DNA of 59,529 nt, the filler included, from Asterionella formosa (taxonomy: Eukaryota): assembly GCA_002256025.1 (NCBI GenBank). It is 4 parts of 4 records of this genome, joined end to end, with 100 filler letters (N's around TTAATTAATTAA, not from the genome) between each part and the next. Parts side by side here need not be neighbours in the genome. Positions count along the whole stretch, not along the records: positions 14,934 to 29,760 come from NKIB01005732.1; positions 29,861 to 44,650 come from NKIB01005742.1; 2 more parts are not named here. One strand, given 5' to 3'. Positions 22,521-34,941 of the stretch are shown one piece after another (position 1 is the stretch's first letter; every line of letters begins with the position of its first letter). The position numbers and the translations under genes were made by a program. The notes beneath the pieces were generated by a model. It was not told where the DNA came from. It saw only the letters and a program-made list of their open reading frames with translations, and did not search any database.

Positions 22521-24943
22521 CTCCTTCTGACTTCATTAACAGTCAAACTGTCACTAAAAATGGCGTCTTGTTTTGATCACATGCTGCTAACAGTAGCAAT
22601 GTGATCATGATCATGTCTTCATTATCATCATCATCATCAGGAGATGAGAGAAAAGCCGACATGGTCAGTGACTGACAAAGGTGAAATTATGCACCTCAAT
22701 TATATTATATATACTAGTGAACAGGCAGAGGCATAACACACAAGAGGATGTATCAGCACTATGAAGGTTGAAGCGTTAAAAAAATAATATTTAAAATTTT
22801 TATAATGTCAGATAGGTAATCTAAAATATTTCAAGTATCAGAGCGCAATGACGATATTATGAATCAAATCGCCAAAATAAAATGTGTTATAATACACACG
22901 TGATATTGTACGTTTTTCTTGGGCGCGCTCTGATAATCAAAAAAATTGTATCATGTGCATTTGATGACTCTGATGGCTGACTTCCCAGCAAGGCTGAGGA
23001 CATTGAAACCAACACAAAAAATAACAGTCTCTTTTTACCTTAAGGTTGACATAGATGTTTATACAATTGCGATGTAGATGAACGTAGTCAACTTCAAGTA
23101 TGAAATTCAATGGGAATACTACTTCATTGTTGATCACGAGAAAGCTGACACCTTAGCCTAGTGCCATCGACTTTTCGTTACAAGTTTGTAATAAATGTTG
23201 ATTGAGCGAGCGAGGACTTGCTGATGTTGTGGTTGTATGGCTGTCAACATTACTTGAAACTCATGTATGTATGTATTTATGCATAATATTTTCACTATGC
23301 TAATTCTCTGTTTTGCTAGGGCTACGGTGGCTACTATATGTACTCTGAGTATGGTTCTAGCCATAGTATGTGGGAAATTTTTATCTATGCCAGTGTACTA
23401 CAACATGCCAATATGATACGACTGGTATTCAGGTACGAAGAACTGTAAACAGGTTCATCTTGCTTGTGTGATCGTATTTCCTGATGAAAATCTGACATGT
23501 CATTCCGTAAGTAGTACTATGTACTCTGCAAGTACAGAGCAATACTTTAAGTAGTACCATGCATCTATAATCATGGAATTGCCTGCTTGTACCATACACT
23601 TTTCTTGGCAATTTATGGTACAGCACACTTGTCCTTTGTTCTGGTGATACTCTAAACCTGACTCTGGTAACAATCCTTATTACGGTTTGAGCAAAACAAT
23701 TGTCAACTCTAATCTCGAATTCTCTTTGTTCACTCAGCTAACCCTAACCCTATCTTGATATTACCTCGTTGTTGTGCACATATACAGCAGCAATCAATTG
23801 AAATAGTAATAAAAATCTCATATTTTTACAACTTACATTGCCCATTCTGTAACTACTACAAATGCAACCTTATTGGCTGCTTGTCAAATTATCTGTCACG
23901 TGTGCTACCAGTCCTACTTTATTCTAAAAAACTTACCTGACAGGAGTGAGACCAGTTTTCATGAATTCTTTTGTAATTAGCTACTGTACAGTGCAAATGA
24001 TAGAACAAATCATCTAGTAGACTCACTCACTCAATAAAAATGGAGAAAGGAAAGCATGGGCACATTTGGATATGTTCTCATAATAGTAGTGATGAGTGCA
24101 AGCAAGGCTAACCACAACAACAAAAACGAGAGCAATCATGATGCCAGCAAGAACAAATGAAAAACTGCCTTGTGGGATAGATTCTACATCTCTCCATGTA
24201 TGGTACCAGGGTACCGGTAGTACTATCATGAGCTTCTGTGATTCCTGATGTGAATCTGACACGTAATTCCTTCATCCACGAACACACGTACAGAGCAACA
24301 TGATAAGAGCTATACAAGTACGGGTATAACGCATCTACTGGTACCTGGTAATCATGTCGGAATTGCACACCACCGATACCTGGTACCAGGTACCTGGTAC
24401 CATCATCAGGTACCTCGTACCTGTCACCTCTAGCTGACAACTGGTTGCAGTATGGACGTATGCGATATGGCACCTGGTACCGCTGTGTGCGTATTTAGAA
24501 TCGCTCCTTCGTCGTCCTTTCGTTTTCCATTACAGTGGTGCATACCAGGGTACCATGGTACCTGGTACCTGGTACATAGCCTACCAGGAGAACGACCAGG
24601 TAGCAGGGACCAGGTACCAGTACCGGTGTGCGTACATAGTACGTTTCTATTTTTATTGATCTGTGTGGTGCGGTGGTATATGAAGTTCACAGTCGTACCA
24701 GTAGATCTCCCTGGTATGAGATGTACATACATGAAATCTGAAATGCATTTGGCTGTGTTTGGGATCCATCACTTTTTTACATACCGGGAGACTCTAACAA
24801 ATAATTGAGCGAGAGTAAAAGTGATGATGATTGTTCATTCAGTGGTTCAATAGATTTATATTTTTGTATTTTGTTCATGACTACATCACCAGCCAGCGCC
24901 GCATCCAATCATCATCCCTTTCCTCATCGTCCGTCTTGCAACG

Positions 24944-27530
24944 ATGAAGGCTTCTTTTAATGATTTCCCAGGGCCAATAACTGTTTCTGCAGCGCTACTA
25001 CTACTGCTACTACTAGCAGAAACAGCCACCGCCTTTGTTCCGTTTTCCACAATTTCCGTGAAGAATGATGGTACTGCCAGGGTGAATCATCATCATCAGG
25101 GTGTCATCAACACAAGAGGATCTTCCACACGAACATACTTGGATTCATTGACTCCCAATATGGACAATGTCAATCTGATTCATCATGAACACCTAGTCGA
25201 TGGCGATGAGGAGGATTTGGATGTGGATCCACTTGCGGCTTTTATTTCAACCTCCAATGAACAAGACGAAGAAGCAAAAATGGATGCCACTAACATGAGA
25301 CTTGCCATTCAAATGGCACAATCTGGGTACGTGTGTGTGTGTGTTAATGTGTGTAATTTGCTTATTGTTGAAAGGAGAGATTCTCAAACGACCGGTATAC
25401 TGAATTCATGTTGTTCACAGAGGAGGAGAACGCGGTGCCACATCTCCATATCCTAAACCTGTTGGTGGAGCAGTGATTGTTACTAAATCTGGAAAGGTAT
25501 GTATCTATCATCTATATATTGCTGATGATACACTGCATGGTCATCACTTTGGATTCCCCCTTTCACACATGAGCCCTCACTCTCACTCTCACTCTCTCTA
25601 TAAATTATATATATATATTATATATTTTAATACCATCCAGGTTCTTGGGAAAGGTCGATCGGATTATCGTCAAGATGCTGTTTTGGCAGCACTTGTGGAT
25701 GCTGGGTTGGATGTAACACCCTTACGTGAATGGGTCGTGGCATGGCCATCGACAAAGCAATTGAGAGAGGATTTAGCATCATCTACCATGTATTTGACAT
25801 TGGAACCATCCAATGAACGTCAAGGAGAATCATTGCCACCCATGACACAATTAATTGAACAATCTGGAATATCCCGTATTGTCATTGGATGTGCACATCC
25901 TGTCATGCCAACAGAAGGTGCTGCTACATTGCATTCTGCTGGATTGGAAGTTATCATGGGGACAGAACAAGACGATTGTGATGCCTTGATTACGCAATAT
26001 ACGATATTGGCGAATAGTAAATTACAAAAAAATGCAAGAAAACATTTTGAACGACATGGAGTGGTGAGTTTGTTTGTTTGGTGGAATATCAAATGAATAT
26101 ATATATAAATGTGAATGACTTGAATTGTTTTCAAAGCTATACTTATTCACATATTCCCCCCTCCCCCCTTTATTTTTAAAATACCAAGCCCCTCGGATTT
26201 TTGCATTGCAGTGTTGTCGATAGTGACAACAAGGAAGCATTCGCTCGCCAAGGGAATGCGTTTGGTAAAGACTTTGGTGGGACTATGCTTTCCTCTCGCG
26301 ACTTTGGATCCTATGGCCTTGCCCCTCCTCCAGACATGGTATGGGCAGGGGAAGCTCAAGAGGAAGAATTTACGACAGACGCTGATAACTTCTTTAGTAT
26401 GGAATTTGAAGATGAAGACTACCAAGAAGGATTGGGCAAGAATCCAATGATGCCATGGTAGGAAATAATTTTTGAAACCATGCATATATATAGTTACTCG
26501 TGGCGTTCATTCCGATTCTGATTCTTTTCCAAACTCCTACTTTCTCATTTACAGGTATGAACAAGTGGACGCGGTCGTTGCTACCTTCCCCAAGGCAGGA
26601 AACGGCCAAGTCGAAGACGACACGATCCGAGGTCGCCTTAGTGGAGGTCTCAAATGGTTGGCCACACAGGGAGAGTCTCTTCCAGCGAATGTGGAGCGCG
26701 TACTCGTGATGGATGCTACTGATCTCAAGGATTTGCCATTATCGAACACGGACCCCAATTTGCCTTTTGGTGTCGACATTGAAGCCTTTTGGAAGTCGGA
26801 GGGTCGAAAGCCAACTCGAATTTTGTTGCGACGCGGGGAGAACGCTCAAGCGCAAGCTGCGGCAATGGCAGCCATGAAAGCTGCCGAAGCTGCAGCGGCT
26901 GCTGCCAAGGCAGCTGTTGAAGCGGTGGAGTCGGGTGACGCGGCCAATGCAGCCGAAGCTGCGTTGGCAGCACAAGATGCGGCATTCGCAGCGACCAAAT
27001 ACATTCAAAGTGAAATGGCTCAGGGTCAAGTACTTAAACGAAAATTGACTGATCAAGGAGTCATCATTGATACCTTATCAGGTGGAGAGCCTGTGGATGT
27101 TATGAGACATCTTGGCAAACGTTCTGGTTACCATTCAGTGGTTTGGCGTGCTGGGTGTTGGGGTGAACGAGGTGTTGCTGCCATTTTGTCTGGTGCATTC
27201 CAGTGGGTTTCGGCTCATCTTGCTGTCGATGCGGTGGGTGGTAAATTCTGGCAATTAATGTTGGCAGAGCGTGCTGTTCAAGCGGCGTGTGGACCAGAGC
27301 GAAAGGTAAAGGTGTTTGCAGATCAAGAAGATATTAGTTTGGAATACTGTGATGAGGAAGAAGCAGATAAGGACTGTGTGTTGACGGTAGATGGTCGTCC
27401 AGTGCGTCATGTTCGTTTGGACTGCCGTGTGGCCCTGGTCCAAGAAGACCGAGCACGAGAATTTTTCCCGGCCAAGACTCAATTGATGACAAAGAAGGTG
27501 GTGGAAGAGGAGGCTCCATGGTTTTTATGA
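24944..27530 (+). CDS. Plastid-targeted RibD-like (deaminase/reductase fold) protein with degenerate catalytic motifs, 5 exons, 708 aa
   Basis: Exons 24944-25326, 25421-25496, 25641-26063, 26189-26457, 26555-27530 (all GT-AG, total 2127 nt); signal peptide plus ATA/FVP; MRLAIQMA, P.PVGGAVIV, YLTLEP, GISRIVIG..HP, VDAVV, PTRILL, L...GY.SV. Confidence 0.8.
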
Positions 27531-28136
27531 GTAGTAGTGGTTATTTGTCATTTCAGATGATAGAGTGCCTCTATAGTAAGGGAATGCATAATTTGTACCT
27601 GTCCCTCATTACTTTCGGTATAAGGAATGCTTTTCTACGAATCTTTTATCTGTTGAATCAATAGCTCTGATAGATGAGCTTCCTTCCTAGTGTGGAGGCA
27701 ATTGGTCGAGCTCACTTATACGTTAAACAGCGGGAGTTCTAATATTGAAGGACTTGATTGTTACATCAACAGCAAATGTGATCGACTCTTTATTATTACA
27801 AATGGCTTCGGGCCGAGTACTATGAAGATAATTACGTATAGCGTTATCGTAAAGCATGAAATCAAGACGAAACGTACTAGAAAAGTATTGATGGTGTTTT
27901 GACTATTGTGTCTGTTTGAAATGCAAGAAGAATTTGGCCTCATTCCTTCGTCTCAATATCGTTAATATAATATAGAAATTTATGATTGCGATATACAATA
28001 TCTGTCTTTCTTCTTCCGCCAATTCATAGTTTCACTGGATTCAATTGGACAAAGAAATGTCATGAATGTCATTCATTTCCTTCGAATGAAACTGAAGATT
28101 CCACGTCGCTGCTCGATACCTTTAGAATCTAGGTGA

Positions 28137-28493
28137 TCAGAATAGGTGCTCTGCATGATCAAGTAAGAGTAACAGATGACGTTCTTCGGAGAACTCACCT
28201 CCAGTCTTACCATTCTTGATTGGTTCATTGGGTTTCTTTAATGACGCGCTCTTCACCGTCTTTTCGTTAGTGATAAAGGATGTACCCCTACGTCTTGCAG
28301 TTTTGACAGGTGACGCCTCTTTCTTCCCAGAATTAAGTTTCTCAGCTTCCTTTACCCAATCGTCGAGCCAAGGATGGTTGTATGATGGGCCTGATTCAAC
28401 CACATAGTCTTTAAACAAGCGCGACGAGGCCCTTACTTCATTGGCGGTAGCAGAGAGAATTGTGATAGCGAGACCAATGCAAACGGTGCGCAT
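28137..28493 (-). CDS. Small hypothetical secreted protein (118 aa)
   Basis: ATG-initiated ORF with a signal-peptide-like MRTVCIGLAITILSATA and a Lys-rich hydrophilic body. Confidence 0.5.
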   Translation of the reverse strand: MRTVCIGLAITILSATANEVRASSRLFKDYVVESGPSYNHPWLDDWVKEAEKLNSGKKEASPVKTARRRGTSFITNEKTVKSASLKKPNEPIKNGKTGGEFSEERHLLLLLDHAEHLF

Positions 28494-29307
28494 GATTGAT
28501 GGTTGGAGGCAATGTTTTGTGATTGTATTATTAGTTGGAGTAGTATTTCCTTGGTTTATGTGCTCGGGTTTTATTGAGTTTAGAGTTTCGAGAATTCTGG
28601 GAAAATGCGAAGTCAAAATCATCCTACATAGGAATTTGTATGTATGTTGTAGAAAAGATATTTTCTGGTTGATGTCAATCCATCAAGGAACAAATGGGAG
28701 TTCCACGTAGTCCTGAAGATGCATGTATAATCATATATGTATAATATTATATCATGGAAAAAAATGTGTGTGATTTACAGGTATACCGGTGTGTGGTACC
28801 GGTAGTAGAGACGAGAAGCATCAAGTTGAGGATTGATGTTCTCAACTCCGACGATTTTTCCATGCAAGCAAATGATTACCTTTTGGTATCCAATAACCTT
28901 TTCCTTCATCCCAATGGCACAGATAAATAGTATAAAGGAACCTTGTATTGGAAGCCATAGTGGATAGGGATAGGATGCAAGACTATGTGATTCAATTTGT
29001 AGAAACCACCTGTGCAGATAGTTGGTTGAGTTGGAATCATTATATTGTAGATTTCACTGGTACAGTTAAGCCAGTCCCGATAACGAATATTGCTGGTGTC
29101 TTACCCTTGACCTTCCAGTAGCGACTGTGCTATTGTGAAATCTAGGATCTTCGTCACGCCCCCTTTGCTGGGCGAGGGAAGGTCAGAGGAGTTGTGTTGC
29201 TCTGGTATCTCATACAAGTACCTATTGAGCAAGTCTTACAAAGGTTCCTAAGCTTAATTCTTGCTTTAAATTGAACAATCATGCTTCAACTGCGGTTGGC
29301 CAGTGAT

Positions 29308-29760
29308 TTAATTACTTTCTTGTCTAGTACCTAATCGTCCATTATTTTTCTGGTGAGCAACAAGGACGGTAGGCTGTAATTGAAAGATGTTATGAAATAT
29401 CCCTGCTGGTACACTTCCTGATTTCTTCTTGGTAGGAGATTTTGTTGTAGAAATAAGCGAGGCCGAAGATTGTGCATTCAAAGTAGGTTTCCTAGTGGCA
29501 CCAGAATCAAATAAGAATACTTTGGTGGGGACTCTGGTTGCAGCTTTCTTGAAAGGGGCTCTGGTTGGAGCCTTCTTGGTCGGGTTTCTGGTTGGAGCTT
29601 TCTTGGTCGGTGCAATAGTTGTTGGTACCCTTGTCGGGGCAGTGGTCGTCGGCGACTTGGTTGGGGTATTTGTTGTTGGTGTCTTGGTCGGGGCAATGGT
29701 TGTTGGTGCCTTGGTCAGGGCGTTCGTTGTCGGTACCTTTGTGAGGGAAATGGTTGTCGG
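29308..29760 (-). CDS. Pro/Thr/Lys-rich repeat protein (extracellular mucin-like stalk), 5' truncated by the contig end
   Basis: Open frame of 151 codons from the contig edge with repeats PTTIAPTK / PTKKAPTR; absent from the ORF track because it has no start codon. Confidence 0.65.
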   Translation of the reverse strand, partial: PTTISLTKVPTTNALTKAPTTIAPTKTPTTNTPTKSPTTTAPTRVPTTIAPTKKAPTRNPTKKAPTRAPFKKAATRVPTKVFLFDSGATRKPTLNAQSSASLISTTKSPTKKKSGSVPAGIFHNIFQLQPTVLVAHQKNNGRLGTRQESN

Positions 29761-29860
29761 NNNNNNNNNNNNNNNNNNNNNNNNNNNNNNNNNNNNNNNN
29801 NNNNTTAATTAATTAANNNNNNNNNNNNNNNNNNNNNNNNNNNNNNNNNNNNNNNNNNNN
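29761..29860. other. Artificial contig linker
   Basis: N44-TTAATTAATTAA-N44. Confidence 0.98.
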
Positions 29861-31769
29861 ATTTTAATGATGGGCAATATAGGACCTTTGGCAATTTTTG
29901 AGGTGAAGATAGGAAATATCCAAAATATATTTTATATGATGGGCAATAGTAGGCTAAAATTGACATTTATGCTAAATTTGTGGGCAGTAGGTAAGCGAAT
30001 GACGCGACGATAGCTAGAGCGGGAATTGCCTCAACAATACCCTTCTCGGCGGCTACTTGCCTTCTCGTATACATGTGTACTCGACTGGGATGGCACTCGT
30101 AGGGTGACCTTCTCGCAGCGCCCACTCGCAGGCAAGAGACCACCTCGGGCGTGTATTGCCTTCAGCAATCCTCCTCCAAAAAGTCGACCCGATCGGCTTT
30201 ATCAACAGTCGCCAAAATATTGGAATCAGAATTTGTACATGCAAAAACGTTGGAGTCTTGCGTAGGTATGTTTCGCTGAATAATTCTCAGTCCGAAAAGA
30301 CTCCAGGGTTAGTTCCCGCATCACTACACATATTCTGATTGGTTGAATTGAATTTATTCCCCTGCTCCAGATTCACTCAAGTATCCCGGTCTTGTAAAAT
30401 CTCGCCAGCCACACTTGAACCACACGTATTAGATGTACTGAATACAGGATGGTAAAATCATTACAGGTACAACCGGTAGTTTCATCCTGTCTTCCATCAT
30501 GATGAACCAAGATTATGTATTACCTGGTACCAGGTACTCCGAGTACCAAAATACCGTTACTCTGGGACTCCGGAATGGTACTGATTTACATAGTACCGGT
30601 AACTACCTTTGTGCGTCGAGTGATGTTGAAACTACATCCAGCAACGTAGATTCAATATAAACGTATGAACACGAGCCATGAGCATACATGTTGGAATACT
30701 CCCAGTTTATGTATGTGTTTTGACATTGAACAAAATTATGTCTACATTCAGCAACAAAGAAAAAGTATAAATGTTTAAATATCATTTTTGTTCTTTTTAA
30801 ATGGAACTCCGTCAATCTGCCCCAATTCCTATTTAATTCAAATATTCAAATGGACACTCGAATCATGGGATTTCATAGTAGGAAACTCCCAGTTCCACGC
30901 CGTTTTTACAACCCTAGCGATATTTTCTCCGAACTAGGGTTATGCCGGGGCCGCAAACTTAATGTTACAATTACAGGTACCTGGTGAGCAATCTCGCTCA
31001 ACTACAGATATACCTATAAGGTTAGGTTTACATATATATATATATCAGAACTCTATCAGGAGAGAACTCGACTAACACCTTCTTGAAAACTTTAGTGTCA
31101 ACCTAGGAGATTGAGTTGCACACAAGAATTAACATTAAGCTCATATATTTAACAAAAACTACTACTTCTAGTAAGATACTTCATTTTTAATTCAAAAAGA
31201 GTCAAATTAGAATTAACAATGTTGATATATTCTCAAGTCCCAGTGGTCCCATTGATCTAGGATTTCAACCTTCTAAATATCAAGGATAATACCTTTCATT
31301 CATTCATACCAGTTCGACATCTTTAGTCTTCCAAGCAAGCAAAATGAGATTCATGGAACTTTGTGGAAGCTTTGTTGATTGCTGTGAGTTAATTCCATGA
31401 CATTGTTTGTCTAACCTTCAGCAAGAAATACCTTCTTTCTACTCCAAAGGATAGCTTTCAATTTCAGCATCAGTGGATGCGCTGATACTTGACAAAACCA
31501 TTCAGCATTTTTTATGGAACCTCGGAAACTATCTGAAGACCAGGAATAGACTTTTCAAGCTCATGTATCATCCAGACGATCAAGAGATTTGATGGTGATT
31601 ACAGTTTTGATGGTGATTACAGTTTGCTCTATGCTCGATGTGTGGCAACGACAGTTTGAATTGTGAAAAGAAAGCAACACAGACAAATCGATTTGCTCGG
31701 TTTCGACTTACTTTGAGAGTCAAAACAAATTGAAAAAATTCATCAGGTCATGGATTACTATGAACTCAT

Positions 31770-33210
31770 CATGCATTGTATATATTTGAATTATGTATAA
31801 TCAAAATTGATGTTAGTATACACAGGATGTGACATATAATGACCATGTTTAATACTATGCAAATATTCAACTATATATACATTTAAACTTACAAATCTTT
31901 ATATATATGTATACATGGCTGAAACATTTGAAATCATGTTTTCATGTTCCTTGTCATGCATACACTTTGCTCCTGAAATGAAGGATCATCACACATGATG
32001 ATGCGGAAAACGAAAGTGATAATACAACACAATGATACTTACGACCGGCTTAGAAAGAATGACTAAGGAGAAGGGCGGAATCAATTGATGGTAAGTCAAG
32101 AGCAAATGCCTTTCATGTTCCTTGTCATGCATCCACTTCCTGAAATGAAAGATCTCAAGCAACACATGATGCGAAAATTGAAGTGACAATACAACATGAT
32201 GATACACCATGCGGCTAAGAAGGAGTGAATATGATGGAGAAGGGCGGAATCAACAAGCCATGCATGGTACCACGTCAAGAGCAAATGCCAGGATGATCAA
32301 TTGCTGGGATTAGAAATACAGAATTACTCGTCCCCTTTCAGTGATTCAATAGCTCCTTTTCGATTTGGTGGCTGGTCAACCATCAATGTGGACAAAATAA
32401 ATCGGTAAGTGCTATCATCTTTGGATCAATCCAAAACTGTTAGAAAAACTGACACATCATGTGTGTTGCTTCTTTCAGGATAATTGTAGACACACAGTAT
32501 TTGTAAGTTACAAACAGCAGTGTTGGATCCCATTTATTGATCAAAACTTTCTTATTCAATCTTCAACTGACACGCACATTCTTTTTCAGAAATATGCATC
32601 AGTTACTTCCTCAATTTGTGGTAGTAAGTGAAGATAGAAGCGAAATGCATGTTGTTGTGCAAGCAAAACATGAACAGCTAACAATGAATTGCTTCTCTTT
32701 ATTAGTATGATTGGGACAACGAAACGGATTAAATAGTAATGGTAAAATGCGTGAATGCAAACTCAGATCCGTCAGGAGTAAATGGAACAAAGCAGGGGAA
32801 CAAGGGCAAGGCAACCAGTAATACTACACCAACCTTCAGAATTGGATTGGGGGAAGGTGGAAGTGAAAACGGCACCAATCATTGCAATGAGATCATTGTA
32901 GAACATTCTGTAGCCACTCAAGATATAGAAACATAGAACCATTTTTAAATATGGTTCTACATTTCTATCCATTTCATCCTATTTTAGACAGTGATTTCGA
33001 TGAGAATTACAGTCTTAAGCACACACATCATAGGACCATGTTTAACTAATTTTATGATGCAACGGTATCATAACTATGATAATATCATCATACTTCAAGC
33101 TTGGTAAGAGTTTACTGCATGATCATGATTATATGATACATTGATCATATTTTTGATCCAAAAACTATCATACATGTAAAAATCCTGTGCCACTTAGCGT
33201 ACAATACCCT
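31770..33210. mobile_element. Diverged copy of the element segment at 1750-3870, with a ~170 bp tandem duplication (31941-32110, 32111-32289)
   Basis: Colinear matches: GAATTATGTATA, TTGAAATC..T.T.TCATG, GAATGA.TAAGG, TGATTCAA.AGCTCCTTT, ATTTGTGGTA, TTGATCATATTTTTGATCCAAAAA...AAAATCCTGTGCCACTTAGCGTAC. Confidence 0.65.
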
Positions 33211-33462
33211 TGCTTGGAGTTGATTTGCTTTAAAAGTAGATTATAATTGCTTAGATTAAGATAATTTTTAACTACTTTGACTTGAAGTAATAGTTCCATG
33301 ATAATCTTAAAATTTTGAAGTGTCCAATTTAGCTTTTTGTCACCAGTGGCACCAAAATGTTTCAAATTTTGATTGCTCACTGGCCATCAAGTCAGGAAAT
33401 ATCTGTCAACTCTAAGCATGAACTAATCTCTCAGAAACACATTACGGCTTTGTAAGGATAAC

Positions 33463-34941
33463 CTATTTTCGCTTTCCTCTCTTCTTCTTTCCGCTGCTAC
33501 CCTTACCCTTACCATCCTTCTTCATGGAGATTGTCTTTTCTTCAGCATCCGTGTCATCGGACAGAATTCTTAAACCAGCCAAGCAATCTTCTAAATCACT
33601 TATTGTTTCCTTCCAATCAATGTTGTCGACTTTCGAAACTATTAAAGGTTGCAGCCTCTTCTGCAGTGTTTCAATACGCTGCATTACCGGAGTAAGATTT
33701 CTGGAGTTTGCTCCCAGTGCTGCAAATACAACCAGATTGAGATCTTGTTTCTCGTCGTCTAAGTCGTCTGCTGAGACAAATAGAGAATCAAAGACCTGTT
33801 CCAAATGGTTTTTCACCAAAGAAAACATGGCAGGATCGCGTGCGGATACATTTATTACCAAGATACCATTTTCGCGCAAGAGCCCTTTGAGCATCGCCAA
33901 ATAAGGTACATCGACAAAAGCCAAAGGAGGACAAGACATTCCGACACTCGTATCCTTTGAATCAACATCAATGGCAATAAAATCAAAAGATTCCATTTGC
34001 ACTGTGATTCCACTTTCTTTTTCCAAGTCTCCCGTTACTTTCAATCCATCACCAATGAAGGTGGTCACCATGTTGTTGGTTTCAAAGCCAAAGAATTTCT
34101 CTGCAATCGTCACCACCGAACTATCCAACTCAACGACGGTAAGGTGCAAATTCTTCAGGACATGAAGCAAAAAATTGACCAATCCACTTCCTCCAAGTCC
34201 AATGACCATGCCAGTTGGATGCTCGTTGATCGATGGAAGTGCCAAAATGCCCGCAGCCATGTGCTTGTGATAATCAAAGGCAAGGTAGGATCGATCAACC
34301 TTATCGCCGTCCATGGCTACTTCGGATTGAATAACAAAAGGATTATTCATAAAATAAAGTCTTCTGACGATTCTTTCAGTTGCTTTTACTTGTTCAATGA
34401 GATATCGTCCTGACATTGCCGTTTCTCCCTCGGCGAGTACATCCCGTGCTCCGATACCGTCCAGCGCCATGAAAGGGATGGATAGGTTGTTCAAATGCCG
34501 TTTCAGAAGGGCTGGAGTCAAGAATCTACCTTGCTGAGATATAACCTGAACAACAAATGTCAACTCTTGTTGCACAGCCGCTTGGCTCTCAAAAGCATGG
34601 TGCCGTCCAAATGCAACGGCAACCACTCTCGCACAATCCGCGCTCTCCGCCAGTTGTAGGAGGCCCCTATGCGAAGAAAAGACGTACTCTCCTTCTCGAC
34701 CAGCAGGCACTAAAATTACCGCGGTCACGTGAGCCAACTTATGTGTTGGAAGGATGGGTCGGTCGACGACAGTTAGCCTGTAGCGATAGTGTTGAGGCTG
34801 GTTCTCGAAAAACAAATCAATGCGGTCCAACCGATCGGCTTTAAGCTCTGTAAACGAACTTGCATCAATTGCAGGCTTCGCCACCAAATCCCCAGGGTTG
34901 TCGAGTTCAAGATCTTTCATTTGTTCCACTAGTATTACCAT
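33463..34941 (-). CDS. METTL13: METTL13/eEF1A-KNMT C-terminal (spermidine-synthase-like, eEF1A N-terminal) methyltransferase, intronless
   Basis: VPAGREGEYVFSS, RRLYFMNNPFVIQSE, YLAFDYH, SAM motif IGLGGSGL, VVELD, DVDSKDTSVGMSCPP. Confidence 0.85.
   Translation of the reverse strand: MVILVEQMKDLELDNPGDLVAKPAIDASSFTELKADRLDRIDLFFENQPQHYRYRLTVVDRPILPTHKLAHVTAVILVPAGREGEYVFSSHRGLLQLAESADCARVVAVAFGRHHAFESQAAVQQELTFVVQVISQQGRFLTPALLKRHLNNLSIPFMALDGIGARDVLAEGETAMSGRYLIEQVKATERIVRRLYFMNNPFVIQSEVAMDGDKVDRSYLAFDYHKHMAAGILALPSINEHPTGMVIGLGGSGLVNFLLHVLKNLHLTVVELDSSVVTIAEKFFGFETNNMVTTFIGDGLKVTGDLEKESGITVQMESFDFIAIDVDSKDTSVGMSCPPLAFVDVPYLAMLKGLLRENGILVINVSARDPAMFSLVKNHLEQVFDSLFVSADDLDDEKQDLNLVVFAALGANSRNLTPVMQRIETLQKRLQPLIVSKVDNIDWKETISDLEDCLAGLRILSDDTDAEEKTISMKKDGKGKGSSGKKKRGKRK

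Noticed and set aside
23737..23753. Interstitial telomere (CCCTAA)n
   Set aside because: Only about two units; compatible with chance
29429..29812. Val/Gly-rich plus-strand ORF and other long antisense ORFs (e.g. 49131-49682, 53185-53661)
   Set aside because: Shadow frames of genes on the opposite strand
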